Assembly: GCF_021166585.1 (NCBI RefSeq)
Contig: NZ_JAJOZE010000001.1
Location: 56,062-80,061, forward strand
Direction: 5' to 3'
Source: Metabacillus kandeliae
GTDB taxonomy: Bacteria; Bacillota; Bacilli; Bacillales; Bacillaceae
DNA: 24,000 bases
A model generated the notes under the pieces. That model saw nothing but the letters and a program-made list of their open reading frames with translations. It did not search any database and was not told the origin of the DNA. Positions 1 to 8,192 of this stretch are shown one piece after another; the first letter of the stretch is position 1, and each line of letters starts with the position of its first letter. Position numbers and translations under genes: made by a program.

Positions 1-176
1 GCTCCATTAATTTAGTCAACAGTTCATACTTTTTTAATCTTTTCTTCACTGATCAGTAACTTTTTTTCGATAGACTGCTCTTACCGTCAGGTGAGCCAAA
101 GCATTATTTTTTTCGTATTCTTATCAAAACATACTATAGTAGAGGAAAAAGCAAGGATAAAGGAGCAGGCACAATA

Positions 177-872
177 ATGGCAGAGAAAATATTGCTGGTG
201 GATGATGAAGAGCCGATTCTGGATGTATGCAGCAGGTATTGTCAAAAGGAAGGGTATACGGTGCTGACGGCGCATAACGGGGAAGAGGCGATAGAGATAT
301 GGAGGAGGGAGAAGCCTTCTTTAATTGTACTGGATTTAATGATGCCGATAAAAGATGGCTGGGAGACCGCGGAGGAGATTCGCTCAGTTGATGAGGATGT
401 GCCGATGATCATGCTGACGGCGCTCGGACAGGAAAAGGATCGCCTTTATGGTCTGACCCTTGGTGCTGATGATTATTTGACAAAGCCTTTCAGTCCGCGT
501 GAATTGGTGCTTCGGATTAAGAATATCCTTCGCCGGGTAAGCCGGACGGCACGCACAGAGCAGGAGACTGTTTCATTTGGCGAATGGGAGATCAGCAGCG
601 TTAAAAGGGAAATGCTTCTTTCAGGAAAACCGGTTGAACTAACGGCAAAAGAGTTCGATTTGCTTTGGAAGCTTGTCAGCCATCCTTCACAGGTTTTTTC
701 CCGCTCTCAGCTGCTTGAGCAGATTTGGGGCTATGACTTTGAAGGAGACGGCAATACGGTGAATGTGCATATCAGGAGGCTGAGGGAAAAACTGGAGAAG
801 GACCCGTCGAGTCCTGAGCGGATTAAGACAGTTTGGGGAATAGGGTACAAATTTGAGGGAGAAGCACAATGA
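177..872 (+). CDS. OmpR/PhoB-family two-component response regulator
   Basis: 231-aa ORF. ATG at 177 is preceded by AAAGGAG. N-terminal receiver domain (ILLVDDEE, LIVLDLMMP, KPF) and C-terminal winged helix (LTAKEFDLLWKL, VNVHIRRLREKL, VWGIGYKF). The stop overlaps the next start (ATGA at 869-872). Confidence 0.95.
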   Translation: MAEKILLVDDEEPILDVCSRYCQKEGYTVLTAHNGEEAIEIWRREKPSLIVLDLMMPIKDGWETAEEIRSVDEDVPMIMLTALGQEKDRLYGLTLGADDYLTKPFSPRELVLRIKNILRRVSRTARTEQETVSFGEWEISSVKREMLLSGKPVELTAKEFDLLWKLVSHPSQVFSRSQLLEQIWGYDFEGDGNTVNVHIRRLREKLEKDPSSPERIKTVWGIGYKFEGEAQ

Positions 873-1918
873 AGCTCAGGTCATTGCTGATCCTTTCCAA
901 CCTGCTTTCCTTATCGGTCATCCTTATTTTTCTTATTATAAGCTATGTTCAAATGTCCATTCCCCCTAGAACAAGCCTGTCGCTGATTGGGATTACCCTT
1001 TTAGCGGGTGCTGTGTCCTTTTTGATACACCTCGGCATTACCTCGCCTTTGCTGAAAGCGGTTAAGCAGATGATCAGTGACTCAAAAATGATTGGAGAAG
1101 GCCAATTTGAAGCGAGGACCTCTCTCTCTGGTCCTAAGGAAATCAGGGAGCTCGCACTTCAGTTTAATGATATGGCGGAAAGGCTGAACACATTATTTCA
1201 GCAGCTGAAGCAGTCTGAACGCTATAAAACCGAGCTGATTGCGAATATTTCTCACGATTTGCGCACGCCTGTTGCTTCCATTTTATCTTTTGCAGAGGCG
1301 CTTGAAGATGGAGTGGTACAAGATGAGAGGGACAGGATAGAGTATCTTGGCGTCATTAAAAGAGAAACGTTGAGATTAAGCAAGCTGATTGAAGAACTTT
1401 TTGAGCTGTCTGCTCTGGATAAAGAAAGCATGCCTTTTGAGCCGTCAGCCTCCTATGCAGATGATCTTCTTATAAAAAGTCTTCAGCAGTTTGAATTGAA
1501 ATTAAAGGAAAACGGACTGAAAGTTGAGGTGGGGATTGAAGAGAATTTACCGGCTGTCTATGCTGTGCCGGAGGCGATCATCCGCGTGCTGACCAATTTA
1601 ATTCAGAATGCCATAACCTATTCTCCGAGAAACTCCAGTTTGGGGCTTACGGTTGAAAAAAGAGAGAGCGGCCTGCTTTTTTCCGTTTCCGATGAAGGTC
1701 CAGGCATCGCAATAGAGGAACAAGGCCGCATATTTGACCGGTTTTACAGGCTGGAGAAATCCAGGAACAAAGAGCATGGCGGCACAGGCCTCGGTCTTGC
1801 GATCTGCAGGGAAATGGTGGAGCGCCACGGCGGTGAGATTGGGGTGATCAGTGCCCCGGGTGAAGGAAGCGAATTTTGGTTTACAATCCCATTTAATAGA
1901 AAGGAAGAGAGCATATGA
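869..1918 (+). CDS. Sensor histidine kinase, intramembrane-sensing type (two TM helices with a ~9-residue outer loop, HAMP, HisKA, HATPase)
   Basis: 349-aa ORF. TM1 is [22 protein letters not shown], the loop is [11 protein letters not shown]2 is [25 protein letters not shown]-like linker, H-box ISHDLRTP, N-box [10 protein letters not shown]1 DEGPGI, G2 [13 protein letters not shown] overlaps at both ends. Confidence 0.95.
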   Translation: MKLRSLLILSNLLSLSVILIFLIISYVQMSIPPRTSLSLIGITLLAGAVSFLIHLGITSPLLKAVKQMISDSKMIGEGQFEARTSLSGPKEIRELALQFNDMAERLNTLFQQLKQSERYKTELIANISHDLRTPVASILSFAEALEDGVVQDERDRIEYLGVIKRETLRLSKLIEELFELSALDKESMPFEPSASYADDLLIKSLQQFELKLKENGLKVEVGIEENLPAVYAVPEAIIRVLTNLIQNAITYSPRNSSLGLTVEKRESGLLFSVSDEGPGIAIEEQGRIFDRFYRLEKSRNKEHGGTGLGLAICREMVERHGGEIGVISAPGEGSEFWFTIPFNRKEESI

Positions 1919-3033
1919 AATGGCTGATTGGTTTATTAGCTGCTGCGGTTATCATTTTTCTTGCCGTTTGGGTTCCGCAGCTGCCTCAGTATTTTACGAA
2001 ACGATCCTATGCGACAGAGGAAACACCAAAAGTGGAGCGCACTGCTGCGAAGGCATCAGCTATTTTTGCTGGCGGCTGTTTCTGGTGCATGGAGCCTCCA
2101 TTTGAAAAACTGGATGGAGTAGAAGAAGTGATTTCCGGCTATACAGGCGGGAAAAAGAAAAACCCTTCCTATGAGGAAGTGTCAGCAGGAACAACTGGCC
2201 ATGTTGAGGCAGTGCAAGTGATCTATGATCCGAGGAAAGTCAGCTATGACGATCTGCTTGAGGTTTTCTGGCGCCAGGTTGATCCGACTGATCCTGATGG
2301 ACAGTTTGTGGACAGGGGAAGCCAGTATGAGTCAGCGATTTTTTACGGTGATGAAAGCGAGAAGAAGAAAGCGGCGGCATCAAAGGAAAAACTGGAAAAG
2401 TCACATCGTTTTCAAAAGCCGATCGTGACAGAGATCCGCGAGGCTATGCCTTTTTATAAAGCAGAAGACTATCATCAGGATTATTACAAGAAAAGCAAGC
2501 TGCAATATGAGTTTTATAGAAAAAATTCCGGCAGGGATGCTTTTCTTGAAAAAGCATGGGGAAAGGACCGGGTTTTTCATCCTAAGCAGAAGACTGTATT
2601 TATGAAGCCTTCAAAAGCTGAGCTAAAAAAAATACTATCGCCTGAGCAGTACAAAGTAACACAGGAAAATGGCACAGAGCGGCCATACAAGAATGAATAT
2701 GCAGAGGAGTATGCAGACGGCATCTATGTGGATATCGTATCAGGCGAGCCTCTTTTCAGCTCAAAAGATAAGTTCGATTCAGGCACAGGCTGGCCTAGCT
2801 TTACAAAGCCCCTTGCTGCTGAAAACATTAAAGAAAAAGAAGACCGCGGGCTGTTCGGATCGCGGACAGAAGTCAGAAGCAAATTGGCTGATTCCCACCT
2901 CGGGCATGTTTTCAATGACGGACCGAAGCCTACCGGCAAGCGGTATTGCATGAACTCTGCCGCACTTAAATTTATCCCGGCCAAGGATTTAGATAGTGAA
3001 GGATACGGGGAATATACAAAACTCTTCCAATGA
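1915..3033 (+). CDS. msrAB: Membrane-anchored fused peptide-methionine sulfoxide reductase MsrA-MsrB
   Basis: 372-aa ORF. N-terminal hydrophobic signal-anchor ([18 protein letters not shown]). MsrA catalytic motif GGCFWCME with YHQDYY. MsrB domain with GTGWPSF and the catalytic RYCMNS. The MsrB zinc CxxC pairs are absent ([13 protein letters not shown]). The start overlaps the HK stop (ATGA at 1915-1918). Confidence 0.93.
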   Translation: MKWLIGLLAAAVIIFLAVWVPQLPQYFTKRSYATEETPKVERTAAKASAIFAGGCFWCMEPPFEKLDGVEEVISGYTGGKKKNPSYEEVSAGTTGHVEAVQVIYDPRKVSYDDLLEVFWRQVDPTDPDGQFVDRGSQYESAIFYGDESEKKKAAASKEKLEKSHRFQKPIVTEIREAMPFYKAEDYHQDYYKKSKLQYEFYRKNSGRDAFLEKAWGKDRVFHPKQKTVFMKPSKAELKKILSPEQYKVTQENGTERPYKNEYAEEYADGIYVDIVSGEPLFSSKDKFDSGTGWPSFTKPLAAENIKEKEDRGLFGSRTEVRSKLADSHLGHVFNDGPKPTGKRYCMNSAALKFIPAKDLDSEGYGEYTKLFQ

Positions 3034-3110
3034 ATGTGCCCGTTCTGTTTCAAATTAATTGAATACAGGGAAAAAAAGAATGTTAGTTAAGAAGCAGCAG
3101 GGGGACATGT

Positions 3111-4343
3111 ATGAAAAAACTCATTTTATTTTTACTTGCAGCGGTACTTTTGGCTGGCTGCGGCAACGAAAAAAACACTGCAGAGGAAAGCAGCAGGCTG
3201 AAGCAGGAGAATTGGAGCGCCATTGAAAAAAATGCGGCAGGAAAAACGGTCCGCCTCTTTATGTGGGGCGGTGACCCCGGCGTTAATCAGTATATAGATA
3301 AATGGGTAAAGCCTGCCTTGAAAAAAGAGAAGAATGTTACTCTTGAAAGAGTGCCGATGGACACGCCTGAAATCCTGCAAAAGCTGATGAATGAAAAGCG
3401 GGCAGGACAGGAAAAAGGAACCGTTGACATTGTTTGGCTGAATGGCGAAAACTTTAAAAATGCTCAAAATGAAAAGCTTCTGTTCGGACCGATCACAACA
3501 ATGCTGCCGAACTATAAATCCTATTATGACGGAAGCTCTTCTGAAAATCAGTATGACTTCGGAACAAAGACAAACGGCTATGAAGCACCATGGGGGAAAG
3601 TTCAGTTTGTTTTTAACTACGATTCTTCGAAAGTGAAAAATCCCCCTAAAACCGTTGAAGAGCTGAAAGAGTGGATCAAAGCGAATCCAGGGAAGTTTGC
3701 TTATCCAGATCCAAAGGACTTTACCGGGAATGCTTTTCTAAGAATGCTTTTCTATGATTCTGCCGGCGGTGCTGACAGCATCCTGAAAAAAGGCTATGAT
3801 GAGCCTTTTGCAGAAAAAAACAGCCAAAAGCTTTGGAGCGGTTTAAATGAGATAGAACCTTATCTTTGGAAGAAAGGCAAACTTTATCCAAACAGCCTTG
3901 CCGAGCTTGACAGACTCTACCAAAACGGCGAAGTATGGATGACGATGGGGTATAACGACACAAGAGCTGAAAGCATGATAGAAAAAAATATTTTCCCGGC
4001 ATCAACCAAATCATTTGTACTGGACGCCGGCTCAATCGGCAACAAGCATTTTCTCGCTGTCCCTTATAACAGTGCGAAAAAAGAAGCTGCTTTGACGGCC
4101 ATCAATTTTCTCGAGTCTCCTGAAGCACAGGTTGAGAAGCTTTCGCCTGCTTATTGGGGAGAAAACATGGCGCTTGATTATGCAAAGCTACCGGAAAAGC
4201 TGCAGAAAAAAGCAGATTCTTATCGCAAAGGACCTTCTGTTTTGCCTGCTGAAACGCTGAAAAAGGCTTTTGTGCCTGAAGTTGATGCAAGGTATGTGAA
4301 CTGGCTGAAGGAGAACTGGCAGGATGAAGTTGTTCAAAAGTAA
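3111..4343 (+). CDS. ABC transporter substrate-binding lipoprotein, YnjB-like
   Basis: 410-aa ORF with RBS GGGGGA upstream. Lipobox LLAGC at residues 13-17. Type-1 solute-binding features (LFMWGGDPGVNQYIDKWV, VDIVWLNGENF) that I recall as typical of the YnjB family. Confidence 0.85.
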   Translation: MKKLILFLLAAVLLAGCGNEKNTAEESSRLKQENWSAIEKNAAGKTVRLFMWGGDPGVNQYIDKWVKPALKKEKNVTLERVPMDTPEILQKLMNEKRAGQEKGTVDIVWLNGENFKNAQNEKLLFGPITTMLPNYKSYYDGSSSENQYDFGTKTNGYEAPWGKVQFVFNYDSSKVKNPPKTVEELKEWIKANPGKFAYPDPKDFTGNAFLRMLFYDSAGGADSILKKGYDEPFAEKNSQKLWSGLNEIEPYLWKKGKLYPNSLAELDRLYQNGEVWMTMGYNDTRAESMIEKNIFPASTKSFVLDAGSIGNKHFLAVPYNSAKKEAALTAINFLESPEAQVEKLSPAYWGENMALDYAKLPEKLQKKADSYRKGPSVLPAETLKKAFVPEVDARYVNWLKENWQDEVVQK

Positions 4344-5982
4344 CCGTCCGCTGCTTCTCCTGCTGCCGGCAGCATTGCTGACGCTGATCTTTGCCGGAGC
4401 AGGGCTGTTCAGCTCTTTCAGAGAAAGCCTGTATTCTGACGGCAGCTACGGAATGTCTGCTTATCAAAAAATAGCCGCTGAAAAAGCTTATTGGGCAAGC
4501 CTGTTCTTCAGCTTCAGGATGGCTTTCTTCTCCTCCTTGGCGGCCATATTAGGAGGGCTTGTGATCACAAGAGCCATCTTCCCATTTTTAAAAAAGCCTG
4601 AGCGGAGGCTGTTTATTTGGCTGCCGCTTGTGTTTCCGCATTTTGTATGGGGGTATATGCTGCTGCTGCTTTTTGGAGAGAGCGGTTTCTTTTCAAGCCT
4701 GCTTCATCAGCTTGGCCTGATTTCAAGCCGGGAAGAATTTCCGGCCCTGATTAGAGACGAATATGGCATAGGGATTTTTCTGACCTATGTGTCAAAGGAA
4801 ATCCCATTTGTTATTCTAATGCTTTTGCCGGTCTATTTGTCGCTCGGCTCAAGGCAAAGGGAGCTTGTTACCGTAATGGGCGGGAGCCGTTATGATGCCT
4901 TTAAATCGGTCGAGTGGCCTGCCGTATATCCAGTTCTTGCGGAAACCTTTTTTATTCTTTTTGCCTTTATTCTAACAGCGTACGAGGTTCCAGCTCTTCT
5001 TGGCGCCCCTTACCCGAAATTTATTTCGGTGCTCGCCTACGAATGGTTCAATGACGGTGATTGGGCAAAGCGTCCAGAAGCTTATGCAGCACTGATCAGC
5101 CTTTCCATTCTGCTGCTGCTGCTTGTTTTTCTGTTTTACCGGACCGCGAAAAAACGCCCTTTTCTAAAAGGGCTCGCAAGCGGAGGGGAAAGTTATTTCA
5201 GGAAGGGATCAAAGCTCGTTTTCGGGCTGGTGCTTGCCGGATCTTTGCTGCCGGCTGTTTACCTTCTGCTATACAGTGTTCTTCCTTTGAAATGGGAAAG
5301 CTTTATTACTGGGGATCTTGATTTACATGGCTTTAGTCTCCTGTTCGGAGATCCGCTTATAGTAAAGGCGATTCTTTCTTCAGCGGGTATTGCGGCGGCA
5401 GTGATTGCCATCAATCTGCTTATTGGGATTCCTGCTGCAAAGTATTTGGCTCAGGAAACATATAAGCATAAAGCCGTATTTGAAGCCATCCTGCTGTCTC
5501 CGCTCCTGCTGCCCGCCATTATGCTTGCAATGGGGCTGCAGATTTTATTTATTAAAACTGGACTGGCAAACAATTTTTACGGAGTCATCATTATTCAGCT
5601 CCTTCCTACATTGCCTTATACCGTTAAAATTTTTTTGACAGGATTCGTTCAAACAGGGAAGCAGCTTGAAAGCCAGGCGAAAGTTCTCGGCGCTTCAAAT
5701 TGGCAGGCTTTTAAAACAGTGTATTTGCCGCTTCTTCTTCCGAGCTTTCGCGGAGCTGTTTTTTTAATCAGCGTTATATCGCTTGGTCAGTATTTGCTGA
5801 CTGCCATAATAGGAGGAGGAAATGTTGTCACGCTGGCAATGGTCTATTTTCCATACTTTCAGCAGGCTGATGACCGTTTGCTGGCAAGCTTCTCTATTGT
5901 TTTTGCCATTTTGCCGCTCCTATTGTGGTGGATTTTTGAATGTTTGCTAGCAGCTTTTTTACCTTATCGCAAGCGCAGGTGA
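4324..5982 (+). CDS. ABC transporter permease, double-length (two fused transmembrane domains), YnjC-like
   Basis: 552-aa strongly hydrophobic ORF with about 12 predicted helices in two repeated halves. RBS GAAGGAG at 4307-4313. The start overlaps the SBP gene by 20 nt. Confidence 0.85.
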   Translation: MKLFKSNRPLLLLLPAALLTLIFAGAGLFSSFRESLYSDGSYGMSAYQKIAAEKAYWASLFFSFRMAFFSSLAAILGGLVITRAIFPFLKKPERRLFIWLPLVFPHFVWGYMLLLLFGESGFFSSLLHQLGLISSREEFPALIRDEYGIGIFLTYVSKEIPFVILMLLPVYLSLGSRQRELVTVMGGSRYDAFKSVEWPAVYPVLAETFFILFAFILTAYEVPALLGAPYPKFISVLAYEWFNDGDWAKRPEAYAALISLSILLLLLVFLFYRTAKKRPFLKGLASGGESYFRKGSKLVFGLVLAGSLLPAVYLLLYSVLPLKWESFITGDLDLHGFSLLFGDPLIVKAILSSAGIAAAVIAINLLIGIPAAKYLAQETYKHKAVFEAILLSPLLLPAIMLAMGLQILFIKTGLANNFYGVIIIQLLPTLPYTVKIFLTGFVQTGKQLESQAKVLGASNWQAFKTVYLPLLLPSFRGAVFLISVISLGQYLLTAIIGGGNVVTLAMVYFPYFQQADDRLLASFSIVFAILPLLLWWIFECLLAAFLPYRKRR

Positions 5983-5987
5983 TAAAA

Positions 5988-6929
5988 ATGAGTTATTTAT
6001 TATTTAAAGGGACCAAGTTATACGGAAGCAGAACCATTTTTAAAGATTTATCTTTTTCAATGGAAAAAGGAAGGATGCTGTCACTAGTGGGTCCGTCCGG
6101 CACGGGGAAAACAACTCTCCTGCGCTGTATAGCCGGCATAGAAGGGCTTGATGAAGGAGAGCTTGTCATCAGCGGGAGCCATTTAGAGCATGTGCCAAGC
6201 CATAAAAGAGGCATTTCAATGATGTTTCAGGATGCGCTTCTGTTTCCGCATATGACCGTTTATGAAAATGCAGAATACGGGCTGAAGCTTGCAAAAGTGA
6301 ACAAAAAAGAACGGCAGGAAAGAGTGCACCAATTTTTAGCCAAAACGGAAATTGAGCATTTAAAGGATCTCTATCCAGATCAGCTGTCAGGAGGAGAACA
6401 GCAGCGGGTCTCACTGGCAAGAGCTCTTATTGTCAGGCCGAAGCTGCTGCTTCTCGATGAGCCGTTTGCAAGCCTCGATCCCATTCTCAGAGGCAAGCTC
6501 CGCATTTGGGTAAAAGAGCTGCTGAAGGAGGAAGGAATTACAGCTATGCTTGTCACACATGATATCGAGGAAGCGATGGTCATGGGTGACGAGGTGGCAT
6601 TGTTTGCAGAAACACGGTTTCTGCAAAAAGGGAAGCCTGCTGATTTATATTACCGTCCCGAAAATGCAGCCGCAGCCGCATTTTGCAGTGAAGGAATATA
6701 TGAAGATGACACCTTTTATCATGCTGAACAGTTAATAATAGCCGGCACAAGAGAGGAAAAAGGCTGGAAGGGAATTATTAAAGGACAGGTTTTTAAATAT
6801 GGATTGACGTTTTACATTGTCGAACTGGAGAATAAGCAATCCCTTACTATTTTTTCAAAGGAAGTTTTCTCTCCTGGTGATGCTGTTTCTGTTGTTTATG
6901 ATGGAGGAAGTGCGGTTAAAAGAGGATGA
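5988..6929 (+). CDS. ABC transporter ATP-binding protein
   Basis: Walker A GPSGTGKTT, Q-loop MMFQD, signature LSGGEQQR, Walker B LLLLDEP, H-loop VTHD. I place the start at ATG 5988 (MSYLLFKG), 5 nt after the permease stop. The ORF-track start at 5940 lies inside the permease gene. Confidence 0.9.
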   Translation: MSYLLFKGTKLYGSRTIFKDLSFSMEKGRMLSLVGPSGTGKTTLLRCIAGIEGLDEGELVISGSHLEHVPSHKRGISMMFQDALLFPHMTVYENAEYGLKLAKVNKKERQERVHQFLAKTEIEHLKDLYPDQLSGGEQQRVSLARALIVRPKLLLLDEPFASLDPILRGKLRIWVKELLKEEGITAMLVTHDIEEAMVMGDEVALFAETRFLQKGKPADLYYRPENAAAAAFCSEGIYEDDTFYHAEQLIIAGTREEKGWKGIIKGQVFKYGLTFYIVELENKQSLTIFSKEVFSPGDAVSVVYDGGSAVKRG

Positions 6930-7588
6930 AGGGGAAATTCAGCAAAATAATTTTCCTTGTCCTGATCGCGGCACTTATCCTGTTCGCCAATCAGCAGTTT
7001 TTAAAAATTGATCCGCAGTTATTAAAAAACCGTATTCTGTCCATTGGCATTTTTGCACCGATTGTTTATATCGTCCTTTATGCTGTACGGCCTTTCATAC
7101 TCTTTCCGGCATCTCTGCTTTCGCTGGCAGGAGGGCTTGCTTTTGGCCCTGTGTTTGGAACGATTTATACCATAGCAGGAGCTGTTTTAAGTGCAGCAGC
7201 CGCATTTTTAGCGGCAAAGAAGCTTGGGGCTGAGCGGTTTCTCTCAAAAGAGAAACATGCTGATCTCCATAAAAGGCTTGAAGAGAATGGATTTTTTTAT
7301 ATCCTTCTGCTAAGAGTGATTCCGCTCTTTCCATTTGATCTGATCAGCTATCTTGCTGCGATTTCATCAGTCAGGCTGCTGCCCTTCCTTGCTGCAACAG
7401 CCATTGGGATCCTGCCCGGCACAATTGTTTATAACTTTCTCGGATACAGCTTAACAGCAGGCAGCAGCGTTTTATTGATTGCGATTTCTGCTTTTATTCT
7501 AGTCAGCTGCATTCCGCTGCTGTTTAAAAATAAATTAAAAGGCTGGCTGCACAGCAGCAGAGCAGAAGGGAAGAACAAAGATGCTTGA
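6926..7588 (+). CDS. TVP38/TMEM64 (DedA-related, SNARE-associated) family membrane protein
   Basis: 220-aa polytopic ORF. It has the family-typical core RPFILFPASLLSLAGGLAFGPVFGTIYTIAGAVLSA and RVIPLFPFDLISYLAA. ATGA overlap with the ATPase stop. Confidence 0.8.
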   Translation: MKGKFSKIIFLVLIAALILFANQQFLKIDPQLLKNRILSIGIFAPIVYIVLYAVRPFILFPASLLSLAGGLAFGPVFGTIYTIAGAVLSAAAAFLAAKKLGAERFLSKEKHADLHKRLEENGFFYILLLRVIPLFPFDLISYLAAISSVRLLPFLAATAIGILPGTIVYNFLGYSLTAGSSVLLIAISAFILVSCIPLLFKNKLKGWLHSSRAEGKNKDA

Positions 7589-8192
7589 TACTCATGCCCG
7601 TAAATATGTACAGCCGGCAATTGAAGGAACAGCTGATGGGCTCCTGAGATATGGGTTGACAGCTAACCAGGTAACAGTGGCCGCATTTATTATTGGAGCT
7701 GCTTCAGGGCTGTTTGCCTTTATGGAACAGCCTGCTGCAGCACTGCTCGCTCTATGGCTGTCAGGCTTTCTCGATGCTGTGGACGGAACGATGGCCCGCA
7801 AAACAAAGCCAACGCTATTCGGCACAGTGCTTGATATTACCTTTGACCGGATTGTGGAAATCAGCGTAATCATCGGTCTTGCCTTTGCTCATCCTGAAGC
7901 CCAGTGGGCCCTTCTGCTGCTTGCTTGTTCTATTATTATTTCCATGACCATTTTTCTGACTGTCGGCGCTGTCAGCGAGAAGCAGGGAATCAAGACCTTT
8001 TATTACCAGGCCGGCCTCGCAGAAAGAACAGAGGGGTTTATTCTTTTTTCGCTGATGATCCTGTTTACTGGCCAACTGACTCTTTTAACATTGCTGTTCT
8101 TTGGGGTTGAATTATTTACGGCAGGCCAGCGGCTTTTCGAAGCCTCAAAGCTATTGAAGGAAAAGGGGAGAGAAAGCAATGAAAAAATATGA
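7581..8192 (+). CDS. CDP-alcohol phosphatidyltransferase family protein (small, YnjF-like size)
   Basis: 203-aa membrane ORF with the signature D-x2-D-G-x2-A-R-x7-G-x3-D-x3-D, read as DAVDGTMARKTKPTLFGTVLDITFD. RBS GAAGGGAAG. 8-nt overlap with the upstream gene. Confidence 0.85.
   Translation: MLDTHARKYVQPAIEGTADGLLRYGLTANQVTVAAFIIGAASGLFAFMEQPAAALLALWLSGFLDAVDGTMARKTKPTLFGTVLDITFDRIVEISVIIGLAFAHPEAQWALLLLACSIIISMTIFLTVGAVSEKQGIKTFYYQAGLAERTEGFILFSLMILFTGQLTLLTLLFFGVELFTAGQRLFEASKLLKEKGRESNEKI

Noticed and set aside
1-176. Possible partial gene or promoter at the left edge.
   Set aside because: No open frame of meaningful length reaches the window edge. The best promoter candidate (TTCGTA-17 bp-TATAGT, about 112-140) has a poor -35 element, so I did not report it as a feature.
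3034-3110. Possible terminator or promoter between msrAB and the ABC operon.
   Set aside because: There is only an imperfect AT-rich hairpin (CTGTTTCAA...TTGAATACAG) without a T-tract, and a weak TTGAAT/-10 candidate. I cannot decide from sequence whether the ABC operon is transcribed separately or by read-through.
7578-7589. An identical 12-mer AAAGATGCTTGA forms the stop/start overlap at two unrelated junctions (7578-7589 and 18461-18472).
   Set aside because: It is a short match made of an SD tail, ATG and TGA. It is most likely coincidence, and the flanking sequences are unrelated.
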